64,000 nt of DNA from Flectonema sp. DT1601 (Eukaryota): positions 1,426,001 through 1,490,000 of the forward strand of contig OZ025786.1 in NCBI GenBank assembly GCA_964019425.1, in the 5' to 3' direction. The notes beneath the pieces are model-generated. The model was not told where the DNA came from. It did not search any database and was given only the letters and a program-made list of their open reading frames with translations. Positions within the stretch are counted from its first letter, which is position 1, and each line of letters begins with the position of its first letter. Positions 31,631 through 43,100 of the stretch are shown here, piece after piece. The translations under genes and the position numbers were made by a program.

Positions 31631-34471
31631 ATGGATACAGTTGAAATAGATAACAAATCTAAACTATTCTTTCAGTTCCTAATAAACATGAGCCTAGACA
31701 CATATATTAGAGATGAAGGAAAACACTATCACGATTCATTACTCTACAGGAGATTAGCTCTCTTACCTGGTCTTTGTAACGGAAAACTATCCGGTCCTAG
31801 TGGAGTTGTGTTAAAGGGTGAACCTGCTGTACCTGCATTGCAAAATAGAGTTGAGGATTTTGTATATGAAGAAAGTTATATTCCGGGTCAAAGAAGAGCA
31901 CCGGTAGCGTCTTCGTCGAGAGGGTTAGCAAGCAGTGATACGAAGAGTTGTACTTTAAAAAGAAGCATAGAACGGAAACGAGCACAGCGATTAGGAGGTG
32001 GGGTTATTATGGTATCACCACAGAAGACGAAAGGATCAAAAGATGCATACTATCCAAGATCGCCGAATTCAGAACGAATTCAAGCTTCTCCGCTTTCCCC
32101 TTCTGCTCCTTCTTTGAGGGTTGCTGCGGTCGAAAATGATTCGAATTCAGGTTTCGAAGGGCTTCACAAAGCAATTAGAGAAACCATCAGTCATGTATCA
32201 ACCACAGAGTCAATCTGTCTAACCGATTGCCTTACTCGTTTATCTGCACATGTGAAGGCTTACACCCACAATAGAGATTCTGAAAAATTATTAAAATATT
32301 TAACAAATATCAAAGAATCTATTTGTGAATCATCCACTGCCCCGACTCACAACAGAACAGGATTAGCTTTATTTATGTTAGATCACGTTTTTTATCTCAT
32401 GGGATCTATTCACCCAGCACTCAAAAGTGTAATGCTCTGGTGCCGACAAGAGATATGTGCAGCTGTTTTTGCACCAGAGACGAATACCCATCCCGATGAT
32501 TTTGGAAAAGAAGAACCGTCAGTGTCTGGAGAAGTTTATACAGGTCCTCCTTTATTACCGAACTCAGAAGATCATCTTAGCATTTATGAAGATGGATATG
32601 TGGAAAAAAAACTTGAAAGTTATAGTGGAAGAATGACCTATGAGGATAATATTGATTTACAACAACATTTTTGTTCTGCTAATAACTTGATGAGAGAAGA
32701 GAGAGTGTATACCATGCGACTGCTTGTTGCTGAGAAAGAAGTATCAAAATACTATCAAAGGACCGTAACAGGAATTCTATTCAAAGCATGGAGGCAATGT
32801 ATTCGGGGAACTAAATCAGATCGTCAAATGGCAGAGGAAAAACTTTTACTTGAAAGGGAATTGTCACTGGCCAAGAGAGCAACTGCTGAACAGGCAAAGG
32901 AAAAAAACAGAGTAGAAGCTTGCCTTTATGAGCAAATTACGAAGGTAAATAACAAAGCAAAAGAACTGGCGAAATCCTTAGCGACAACAGAACAAACACT
33001 AAAAACTGAAACAAGCAAACTTGCTGAAGGCCAACGCGAACTCTTTCAAATAAGAGCAGAAAAGGTAATTCAGAGAGACCGAGTCAAGAGGATGATAGCA
33101 AAGGTTGAAGAAGCAGAGGTAAGAGATCAACAATCAAAAAAACGTTTGCAAGAGAGTTTAAAAGAGCTATCTTTTGCTAAAGAAGCAGTCAAACAACACG
33201 ATCACCTAGTTGACCAATGCAAGTTAGTAATAAAGCAATTACATTATCCCAAAACAGTTCGGAATACCATTCCGATATCACCCGGAATCTTGGGGGAATT
33301 CACTCAACAGATGCTTCAAAGCATCTCAACTCATCAAAATTTTTGCAATCGACTAGCTGAAGGATTGCACAACTTAGTACCTCTTATTATCACGACTAAA
33401 GACATTACAAAAACCAACGAAATAACCAATGCGATCGAATTGTCGAAGAAAGCATACGAACTGTTAGTACGAGTTTTGGGAAGTGATATTCCATTTCATC
33501 CGAATAGCTTCTTACCTCCGGTACTACCACGTACTGTTGGAGAAGTCATGAGTCTTATAGTCATTGAAACATCATCACCAAAACTGCAACCAGATACTTC
33601 CTACATGTCAGATCAAGAGCTCTCAAGAAAACTAAATTACTGTGCTACCGAAACAGTTAAGTATTCAAAGATATGTTCTGAGGTTGTGAAAGATTTAATA
33701 AGGTGGCCTTCTGATTATGGAAAGGTTCCTGTAAATCCGAGTACGAGTATACCATCAAAGGAAGCAGTTGCCGGGATGTTACCTCGAAATAAGTCAAAAT
33801 ACACGTCTTCCGTATTAAATAGAATGGCTGAACATTCTACTGATGTGACGCTATTAGCAGGTGTTTACAGTTCTATTTACCTGATTCGATCTGGAGTAAA
33901 GGAAATGATGTTGGATACGAGACTCTCATCTGATGTTCAGAAAGCAGTTCTTCAAGAAGTTCCTCAGAGTCATCAAACAGAAATAACACCAAGCATGCTT
34001 TCTACTGCTTTGTTGAAAGGTGCCTTGGTATTGAATCCTCATCTTGCCCCGGATTTAGCATTTGAATCGTTTATGCACGATTCTATATTAAGGTATTGTG
34101 GAGTAAAGGAGGCTTTCGCAACGACGTATAATAATGTGTTGTCGATGTTTTATCCAAAAATTATTGTTTTGTTTGGTAAACTCGGTCCTAATAATGGAAT
34201 TCGGTTTTCGAGTTTGCAGACGTTCTTCGAGAACTGTTCATTGCTTGGATCAGATATGACTGATTCATGGCATCGACTTAACCAATACTCTCTTAGAAAA
34301 ATATTCGATACAGCTCTTCGACTTGAAACGACAAATTTACAGTCAATCGATCTGCATCAGTTTGTATTCGTATTATTGCTGACTACACAAATGTATTATC
34401 CGTTAGCAACGATTGCGTTTGGTGACCGTTTTCGGAGGTTTTTGGAAGACCATATTCTAAAACAACATTAA
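31631..34471 (+). CDS. Large hypothetical protein with central coiled coil
   Basis: 946-aa uninterrupted ORF. A coiled-coil segment follows LFKAWRQ. Confidence 0.8.
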   Translation: MDTVEIDNKSKLFFQFLINMSLDTYIRDEGKHYHDSLLYRRLALLPGLCNGKLSGPSGVVLKGEPAVPALQNRVEDFVYEESYIPGQRRAPVASSSRGLASSDTKSCTLKRSIERKRAQRLGGGVIMVSPQKTKGSKDAYYPRSPNSERIQASPLSPSAPSLRVAAVENDSNSGFEGLHKAIRETISHVSTTESICLTDCLTRLSAHVKAYTHNRDSEKLLKYLTNIKESICESSTAPTHNRTGLALFMLDHVFYLMGSIHPALKSVMLWCRQEICAAVFAPETNTHPDDFGKEEPSVSGEVYTGPPLLPNSEDHLSIYEDGYVEKKLESYSGRMTYEDNIDLQQHFCSANNLMREERVYTMRLLVAEKEVSKYYQRTVTGILFKAWRQCIRGTKSDRQMAEEKLLLERELSLAKRATAEQAKEKNRVEACLYEQITKVNNKAKELAKSLATTEQTLKTETSKLAEGQRELFQIRAEKVIQRDRVKRMIAKVEEAEVRDQQSKKRLQESLKELSFAKEAVKQHDHLVDQCKLVIKQLHYPKTVRNTIPISPGILGEFTQQMLQSISTHQNFCNRLAEGLHNLVPLIITTKDITKTNEITNAIELSKKAYELLVRVLGSDIPFHPNSFLPPVLPRTVGEVMSLIVIETSSPKLQPDTSYMSDQELSRKLNYCATETVKYSKICSEVVKDLIRWPSDYGKVPVNPSTSIPSKEAVAGMLPRNKSKYTSSVLNRMAEHSTDVTLLAGVYSSIYLIRSGVKEMMLDTRLSSDVQKAVLQEVPQSHQTEITPSMLSTALLKGALVLNPHLAPDLAFESFMHDSILRYCGVKEAFATTYNNVLSMFYPKIIVLFGKLGPNNGIRFSSLQTFFENCSLLGSDMTDSWHRLNQYSLRKIFDTALRLETTNLQSIDLHQFVFVLLLTTQMYYPLATIAFGDRFRRFLEDHILKQH

Positions 34472-34815
34472 CAATCGTACTGTCGAATGGAAACAAAAAA
34501 AACAATTTCTTTTTCTTCTTCTTCCGTTTTGTTTGTTTCAAATAGTTTATTTACACTTGTAATTAGTCATCGAGAACGACGACAATACGAAATGTGATAT
34601 TTTTATTTATTATTATTTTTTTCTCCAGTAAGACAAGAAATATAGTTTTCTCTTTTTATGTTTACTTTTTTTTTCTAAACGTAATTTCTTTTGATTAACA
34701 ACTACAAATATATTTTCAGTCACAGTACTTTGATATTAATTTTGTTTTTAAATACCTAAAAGTTGTTATTGTTTATTTACATTGTCAAAGTTTCACACCC
34801 CTTCAGATTTCCGAA

Positions 34816-36084
34816 ATGGGACCTTCACCGGGTTGGTTTATTAGGGGAGAACGTCCCCATGATGAATCAGGCTTAACAAGAAAAAAGAAACTAAGAGAAG
34901 CTCAAAAAGAAGCAGAAAATTTCATAGCTGGAAAGAGCGATGAATGGATGGGAAGAGTGTTGACTAGCAGAAGCGATATTTATGAACCAAAAGAAATATT
35001 ATGCAGCGCATACGATTGTTTTGATTTTGACTTACCACTGCAGTCAGCTGAAGCACCAGCTGAGAAGTACGATTACGACGTGTCAAAAGAAAGAAAATGG
35101 TTCAATCCAAGAAATACTATTTCAGTTAACAGAAATCCTGTGCAGGAGCAAATGCATCAAACTATATCAGGAATGTGTCCCACCTTACAAAGTGACATTC
35201 AAGAGATTAGACTACCGAAAGCTTCCATTTCAATGACTGGTATTGGATCGCTCTGTCAAAATGCCTGGGATCCAACTTGTGATTCATGCGAAGACTCTAC
35301 TGGTAGTTTCAAAACTCATCCAACTAGACTTCGACGAAAGCCTCAGTCTGCCAGACCACGCGGACGTTTCGTAAGTTATTCTCATCCGGGAAGCTTTAGT
35401 CTTGAAAAACGTGATCCACATTGGATCGAACGCAATAAAGAATATTATAAATTAGAATCTGATTGGAATCGTCTGAAGTCAGATGAGGCTTTTCGACTTC
35501 GACGAATAAAACACTTGGCAATGAGAGAAGAGAATCTCACCAAACTAAGAAACAGTATGAAGCAACGGTTTCATAAAGCTCTTGTTCAGAATGAACCGTT
35601 TGCGAGGAAAAGGTTCGACGATTATCTTCAGAAATATTTTGTTTCAATTTGTCAAAAGTCGGGTAGGAGATGCAACGTATCTCTGGAAGACACCTTCGCA
35701 GCAAAATTAAATACTACATTAGGAAGTACGAACACACCTGTTGGAGACACAGTCTTGTCGATGTTGTCAGCGAGTGATCCAATTTATCGTAATGAAAGCT
35801 TGGCTATGAAAAAAAGAAAACGAAGTAGGGGTTCTTTACTTATCCCTGCTCCGCCTGTTGTTAATGCGAGAAGAGATTCTGCTGGTCGTCTTCTTCCTGC
35901 TTCACAGCTTCGACCTCCGAGACCTGCCAAACTGCTATCGGAAAATTCTGAAAAAATCATTGCAAAGATAGGTCGGAAACCATATTCATCATCTTGTGCA
36001 CTCACACCCTCTTGGGAATTAACTCCTGAAGAAACTATCGATGAACTCAATAACTTTGACTCTCGGGTTAACATTACAACCTGA
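34816..36084 (+). CDS. Hypothetical basic protein
   Basis: 422-aa ORF preceded by a pyrimidine tract and AG (cccttcag). Confidence 0.75.
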   Translation: MGPSPGWFIRGERPHDESGLTRKKKLREAQKEAENFIAGKSDEWMGRVLTSRSDIYEPKEILCSAYDCFDFDLPLQSAEAPAEKYDYDVSKERKWFNPRNTISVNRNPVQEQMHQTISGMCPTLQSDIQEIRLPKASISMTGIGSLCQNAWDPTCDSCEDSTGSFKTHPTRLRRKPQSARPRGRFVSYSHPGSFSLEKRDPHWIERNKEYYKLESDWNRLKSDEAFRLRRIKHLAMREENLTKLRNSMKQRFHKALVQNEPFARKRFDDYLQKYFVSICQKSGRRCNVSLEDTFAAKLNTTLGSTNTPVGDTVLSMLSASDPIYRNESLAMKKRKRSRGSLLIPAPPVVNARRDSAGRLLPASQLRPPRPAKLLSENSEKIIAKIGRKPYSSSCALTPSWELTPEETIDELNNFDSRVNITT

Positions 36085-36343
36085 ACATATTTATGTTATT
36101 GGTTGGTAACGACTGTTGTCTTGCTTTTCTTTTTATTATAGCGTCTCTCTTATTGATTTGTTCTTTACAGAACCGGAGATGGTGATGCTACTTCAGAATT
36201 GTAGTCATGAGCGAATTATTATTTTTTGTTACCCTAAGTACTTTAGTCTTACAGGGATTATTTCAAACAATTGGTTTGTCGAACTGCTACCTCTGTTCTC
36301 ACTCTTACTCTCACTCCTCTCACAGGATGTAGGATTAAATACA

Positions 36344-37870
36344 ATGTTGCTTTCTGTGATATTTATATCAACGTACTTTAGTAGTTGCTATGAGAATGGC
36401 GTTGATTATGATGTCAGTAATACCATTCAAACAATATCAAACACACCATCTCCGTCTCAATGTCAAGAGCATTGCGGTAACAGTTCAAAATGTTTCTCAT
36501 GGACGTGGAATAACACTAACCACTGTGATTTAAAAAGAGACATATACGGGAGAGCTCCCGATAGATATTGGTCAATGGTGAAAAGCTTTCCTGAATTACC
36601 AAAAACAAAAATGGGATACGTGTCAGGACCCAAGCGTTGTCCAGACACACCATCTCAAACATTCACAAGAAAAGATTTGATAAATGAAATTATTAAATTG
36701 AGTAATTGTAAATTTGATAATCTAGAAGAAGCAAAAACAATACTATCAGAATGCGGAATGAAATCATCGAAAAGGAATTCGCAATTTAGTCATTGGCAAG
36801 TATCTCATTCTAGCAGCAGTTATAAAAGAACATATCCAAGAAGACAGTGGGAAGACTGTACCGTCGAAAATCGATTTTGCAGATGCTCTACCGCAGTACG
36901 TTTTGGTACCCAAGATTGGTGGTCTCAACCATCTCCGATTTTAAAAAGTTCATTAAAATGCGTGGAACCGAATTTCAAATTCAGTACTTTACAAAAACAA
37001 CGAAAACCACTTGGAAGAAGACGATGTCAATGTCTAACAAGTGAATCAGAGATGACCAAGGCTAAGAATGGTGCTTACCTAGCAATGTCTGTAGGAGTTA
37101 AGTCAAATGTTTCTAGTGAATGTGAATTACACGCATCCATGATGTCTGAAAAGATTAACATGTTATCTGGAGGATGGGGTGAAACTATTCCTCACATCCT
37201 CCTCGGACTGGCAGGACATTGCTTGGAATTACCAAAATGGATTTCACTCGCATCATGGAAACAAGATGCAAAAACATTTCGACTTCCATGCGAATCACTC
37301 ACGGCATTCGATTTCAACTCAATTGAGCATAGTAATACAGGTTTATATTACACACAGAGGATTAATCATTGGAGATGGATGCCAATGAATATATCTGTTG
37401 GGATTCAAACAGCTGTTTTGGAATTGTTTGGTGTTGAGATACCAACCAAATTACATGGAGGACCAATTGGCAATCCAGAAATAAAGATGTGGAGTAAACT
37501 AGGTTGGTCACATCCATGCTGTCAGTATCATGTGGTGTCGCTGGATGCTCAAAGGGCTTATGCGCAATTCTTGCTTCTAATTTCTATTCATATCGCAGAT
37601 GGTACTGATGTTGATTCTGCTGCTGCTTCTGCTGGCTGTTTTCTTTGGTTGGGTCCTTCTGTTGGATGCGTTTCAAGATATTTTGGTTATCTTACTGAAG
37701 CTTTATTTATTCTGTTTACCTATCTAACGCAGCGATTGGTTCCTCTAGCCCCAGGTTCTCAAGGGTTTGAATGCTCCTCACACATGATAAGTAACCATAC
37801 TCTGTACGGTGCTGTGACTCATGATGCTATTAATGTTGTTTTTAGAGAAAAGTTTTTGCTAACAAATTGA
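36344..37870 (+). CDS. Secreted PAN/apple-domain protein
   Basis: Signal peptide MLLSVIFISTYFSS, then CYENGVDY...SPSQCQEHCGNSSKCFSWTW....CDLK...YVSGPKRC (PAN/apple pattern). A second Cys-rich module follows. Confidence 0.75.
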   Translation: MLLSVIFISTYFSSCYENGVDYDVSNTIQTISNTPSPSQCQEHCGNSSKCFSWTWNNTNHCDLKRDIYGRAPDRYWSMVKSFPELPKTKMGYVSGPKRCPDTPSQTFTRKDLINEIIKLSNCKFDNLEEAKTILSECGMKSSKRNSQFSHWQVSHSSSSYKRTYPRRQWEDCTVENRFCRCSTAVRFGTQDWWSQPSPILKSSLKCVEPNFKFSTLQKQRKPLGRRRCQCLTSESEMTKAKNGAYLAMSVGVKSNVSSECELHASMMSEKINMLSGGWGETIPHILLGLAGHCLELPKWISLASWKQDAKTFRLPCESLTAFDFNSIEHSNTGLYYTQRINHWRWMPMNISVGIQTAVLELFGVEIPTKLHGGPIGNPEIKMWSKLGWSHPCCQYHVVSLDAQRAYAQFLLLISIHIADGTDVDSAAASAGCFLWLGPSVGCVSRYFGYLTEALFILFTYLTQRLVPLAPGSQGFECSSHMISNHTLYGAVTHDAINVVFREKFLLTN

Positions 37871-37899
37871 TAAAGCTCTTTCTTTTGTTTATTTTTCCT

Positions 37900-37932
<33 letters not shown>

Positions 37933-38072
37933 TGTCGACGAGATTAATAGAAAAAATTGTTATATTTTTTTTTTTTTTATATAACTCTTTTGTTTTTTTA
38001 AGAAAGGATATTCACACACCCCCCTCCACTCACATATGTGTTGAAACAAAAAAAAGACTTCTTGTCTTACGG

Positions 38073-39101
38073 ATGATGATGTCTGTCGCGGCTCGACCAA
38101 AATCAGCAAATCCACGTTATAATCAGCATTGGAATAAGAGAAATTCTGAAGTTGAGGAAGAGCTACACAGAACTAGCAGTATTTTGTGGGCTTCTAATGG
38201 TGCAGATGTTTCAATCGATTTGATTGAAAGACCGAAGACTAGTAATCCTGTGGCGGAGAAACAAAATACGTCGGAAGTATTTGTTCCAGCAGCTACGAGT
38301 GATCCACAAATTTTATGGGCTGATATTTCTCCTGTTGGTGTTCCGGTTGTCAGACCTGCGACTTCAAACCCGCGAAGAGAAAATGAATCTGAGTCCATTC
38401 CAATATCTGACCAATCTAACAGCTCAACAGGAGCTGTTCTTTGGTCTAGTGATGGAGGTCTATCTCCAAGATCTGTTGCTCGTCCTCATACATACAATTC
38501 ACAGTTAGTCCCTCAAGACTCACTCGCTCAGAATTCTTGTACTGCAGGAAGTGAAGTTCTTTGGTCAAGTGAAGGACATGTTGACTACGATCTGGTTGCC
38601 AGACCTCATGCGATAAATAAACAACTTGAGCGTGAGAGTGAAAGAGGAGATCTGACTCTTTCAAATCAAGGAGTGAACTCATCAGAAGTGTTATGGTCTG
38701 CTGATGATGTCAGTGTTGAGAATGGAGGACGAATGGCATCACCAGTTTCTACAACAGAATTAGACGTGTCGATCGGAGAGTCTAAAATCTCACCAAGACC
38801 TTACTCTGCACCAGTTCGAAAGTGTGTCAATGACTTGGCTGTGACGGAAGCTGTTCGCGCACTTGCTCAGATGATGGAACCCACCGACTCTGAAATCAGA
38901 AATATATTTAAACACCTCAGTCCTGATAGCTCCACAGACACGATCACAAAGAAAGCTTTTTGTTCTTTCTATTCGTCGATCGAACATTTCGGAGCTCCTC
39001 ACAATGCTCGATCAACCTGCTCTAGATTCAATCGTTGCGGATCAGAGAGACTTTGCTATGACGAATTCGCGATAATTATGTTACGATTCGCAAGTCAATG
39101 A
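38073..39101 (+). CDS. Repeat-containing protein with C-terminal EF-hand pair (resembles trypanosomatid I/6 autoantigen-type domain)
   Basis: Five [IV]LW[AS] repeats, four followed by RP. C-terminus IRNIFKHL...ITKKAFCSFYSSIEHFG...RLCYDEFAIIML. Confidence 0.7.
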   Translation: MMMSVAARPKSANPRYNQHWNKRNSEVEEELHRTSSILWASNGADVSIDLIERPKTSNPVAEKQNTSEVFVPAATSDPQILWADISPVGVPVVRPATSNPRRENESESIPISDQSNSSTGAVLWSSDGGLSPRSVARPHTYNSQLVPQDSLAQNSCTAGSEVLWSSEGHVDYDLVARPHAINKQLERESERGDLTLSNQGVNSSEVLWSADDVSVENGGRMASPVSTTELDVSIGESKISPRPYSAPVRKCVNDLAVTEAVRALAQMMEPTDSEIRNIFKHLSPDSSTDTITKKAFCSFYSSIEHFGAPHNARSTCSRFNRCGSERLCYDEFAIIMLRFASQ

Positions 39102-40158
39102 TTTCCCTTGTCGGGTGAAATGATTGCTTTTTTTATAACTTTCTTTTGAACTGTTGGATTCAGGAGAATTTAAAAAAAAAAAAAAAAAAAAATCATCTTT
39201 AAGTAGCCCTCTTTGTATGATATGATTAAAAAAAAAAAAAGAATTATTTCGGTGAGCGCGTTTTGTTTAAAGAGCTTTCCTCTTGCCTTTCCGTCCTGTT
39301 TTTTTTTTTTTTTTTTCTCTTTTTCAGGGAAAGGAAAAAAAAAAAAAAAAAAAAAAAGGCTGCGATCTCCTGTCTGAACAGGTTTCTACCGTTTCAGCTT
39401 GAATGGCAGCAGCTAAGCAGTTGCCGTGTTTGGCGAGATTATTAAAAAAGAAAATGAAGCATTAGTGGTCTGTAGCCTCATGTCCGCTCGCAAATTAATT
39501 TACACTAAGCGGACCTCTTTCTATATATTTTTTTCTTTAGTCTCCTTTTGTGATTATGAATACATTCTTACTACTTACCTCCCTTTTGTGTCGCATGCGT
39601 TAGCAAATTTATTATTTTTAGTTTTTTTTGTATGGAAAGAAGTTTTTTTTAATTCGCAGGTTGTTTTGTAAGAAACTGTCCTTAACTTTCTTTTTTTTTT
39701 CATTGGTGTAGAAGCTGCAGTTTCCACTGAGCGTTGACATCGAATTGTGACCCTGACTCCCTTTTCCCCTTTCTCTCGTTAAACGATATTACTATTGTGC
39801 TTTATTTTTATTTTTGTCTTTTTTTTTTGCACCGACGAAGTCGGAGAATAAACTATTCAGATTAAGGGCCGTTTATTTATTAAGTCATGTTTTATCTATT
39901 TCCTCGTGCAGCCAGTAAAAACTAGCTGCGATCAAACAAAATATAATGCTTTATCTGAATGGTTTTTTTCCCCCCTTTGATTTTGTGATTTTTAGAACAG
40001 CTTGTGTCTGCTGCTAAACTTTTTTTTTTTTTTTTTTTTCCCGTTCTCCTCCATTGAAGTAATTTTGAAAAATACCGTTGTTGTTTTATTTTTTTTTTAT
40101 ATCATCAAAAAAACAGAATAAAAATTAACTTTTCGACAATTCTCTTCACAGATGGAGG

Positions 40159-43100
40159 ATGTCATCTCAGGGTGGTCAAAATGAGGATCAGAATATGTCA
40201 CAAGAGGTGAACAAAGAAAATAGAGAACACTCAAACCCGCCAGACTCAGATAAACTACCTCAGCAAAGTAATAACAACAGAGAGACTCCTCAAGAAGATA
40301 ACAGCAAATCAAATACACAAAATTCAGATCATCGCTCTGATGCAGAACAGAGTAAGACTACCACACATAATCCATCTGTTGCGATACCCCTCTCAGAACA
40401 AGATATGAATGAGGTCCAATCAGTTCGCAATAATTCGACTGCCAAGCCGACTGAGGAAAATAGTAATTCGCAGAGTTCGGTCATCGCAGGAAATCACTCG
40501 GTAGTTGAAAACGAAACAAAACCCGTTCCACAAGTTAACAATAGCAGGGAGTCACAAAGTAATAGTTCTACTGCCAAGCCGACTGAGGGGAATGATATTT
40601 CTCAACCACGAAATCCCGACACCGCAAATAATAGCTCGTTGGCAGAGAACGATACGAAGCCTCTTCCAGAACAAGGTAAGGATAGCAGAAAGTCACAAAG
40701 CAATAGTCCGACTGCCGAGCCGACTGAGGGGAATGATAAATCACAACCGCAAAAGTCTCCAAACAATCACTCGGTGACGGAGAACGATACGAAGCCTCTT
40801 CCAGAACAAGGTAAGGATGGCAGAGAGTCACAAAGCAATAGTCCGACTGCCAAGCCGACTGAGGGGAATGATAAATCACAACCGCAGAGTTCGGTGGTAG
40901 AGACAGAAGTGAAATCCCTCCCTGAACAAAGTAAGTCTGTTGTCAACCTGAATAAGGAAAATGATATTTCACAACCACGAAATCCCGACACCGCAAATAA
41001 TAGCTCGTTGGCAGAGAACGATACGAAGCCTCTTCCAGAACAAGATAAGGATAGCAGAAAGTCACAAAGCAATAGTCCGACTGCCGAGCCGACTGAGGGG
41101 AATGATAAATCACAACCGCAAAAGTCTCCAAACAATCACTCGGTGACGGAGAATGCAACGAAATCTCATCCAGAACAAGGTAAGGATGGCAGAGAGTCAC
41201 AAAGCAATAGCTTGACTGCCGAGCCGACTGAGGGGAATGATAAATCACAACCACGAAATCCTGACACCACAAATAATAGCTCAGTGATAGAGAACGATAA
41301 GAAACCTCTTCCAGAACAAGGTAAGGATAGCAGTGAGTCACACCGTAATAGTTCGACCTCCAAACCAGCTGAAGAAAGTAGTATTTTAAAACCACGCAGT
41401 TCTCAGATCGCAGGCAATCACTCAGTAGCGGAGAACGAAGTAAAATCCCTCCCAGAACAAAGTAACGACAATAGAGAATCACAACACAGTAATTCAAACA
41501 GAGTAGAAGAAGTGAATCGCAAATCATCTTCAGAGAATCCAACAAAACTAAACGAGGTCCCTACGATTCCTCGAACGGTAGAAATAAAAAGAAGTCTAGA
41601 AAGTGATGTGATGACTAAGCGCGTTTCAATACAACAGCACGCTGAGGAAGGTACGTCAGAAGCACAGCCCTCTTCGTCGATACAGCAACGACAGCATCAA
41701 GACGGCAGTGCAACTAATTCAGAAGGCAATCCAGTACCTGAAGATATCCAAACAGCACCAAGAGCCTCCAGTTTGACAACGATAGCAAGTAGTAGACCAG
41801 AAACAGTTAAGGGAAGTCTTCAAGAGAATGACGTCTATTCCGATACTCTACCAGCCTCTCGTAATAGTGAAGTGAGTTCTATTGAACTTCCTTCGATATC
41901 TCGGAGAAGTACTTCCAAAACTGAGGTGATTCAAGAAGTGGTATCAAAAGAAGCCTTACCGAAATTAGTAACAGTTAATAATGATAAGCCTGACACACCA
42001 AGGACTGTATTTGGTAAATCGTCTGTGTCAACGGTTGGTAATTCTCTTGTTCCTTCTGATGCTGGTGCGATGGTCTACTCAAAATCACATACTGCAAACG
42101 ATCTTGAAGGGTCACAACGGAAAGTTGTTTCCGAAATTGATGAAAATTTTCGATTTCCATCCACCAAAACTTCTTTAAAGAGGAATACTCAACCTACTTC
42201 ACAGTATGATGATCAAGGTGATGAAGATATAAATCCATTAGCGAGTAATGCTGGGACTGTAATACAACCTAATAGTCAGTCAGGTATTGGTTTAAATTCA
42301 AAATTGAAACCGAGAATACCAAACCAACCAAACGACGAGATGAAATCTATGTCACCTCTGGCTGGTAGTCCAAATAAAAAACTTCATCCAGCCAATCCGA
42401 ATAATATTTCACAAAGTAGTCGACAAGAAGGTGTAGATCCACTTGATATGTCAACTGATGAGCAGCCAATCACATCGAAAGGCTATTATTCTGTTGAAGA
42501 CTTTGAAGAAAAGTTACTCAATGATTCCGTACAACACATTGAAACACCTCATCCTCAAAAAGTCCTTCAGACAGATGCTGAAGTCGCAACTCATCAACAC
42601 AATTACCTTGTTAGCGGAGAGTGTCTCAGTAGTAGCAAACCAACGACAATGGAATCGCTAGTCGAAGCGGTTCCAGCTGATTCAGAACTGAAGGAAATGG
42701 TGGTGGCTGATCAGCAGCAATCTAACGTCTTAGAAATAGAGAATGACAACCTAGCAACTCAACCTCAGCAAAAAAACGAACATCAAACTGCTCTACAACA
42801 ACCTATCGTATTGGAAGAAGAGAATAAAATATCTGAAGAAATCCACAACAGTCCTGATGATAACAAACCTCTTAAACTCAACCCAAGAGATTTGGAAGTA
42901 CCACTTGGAACTGGTGCTATCAGCGCTGTGAGTACTCCACAGACGGTAAAAAAACAATCACCAATGCCATGGATGATACCATCAGGGAATAACATGAACG
43001 TTGGAAGAGGAAGGCCTGCGTCATCACCTTGGAGAGCTCAGCGTACTCTATTAGATGCTTCAATATTTACTCCGTTACCAACCGCTGATGACGAGTTCAC

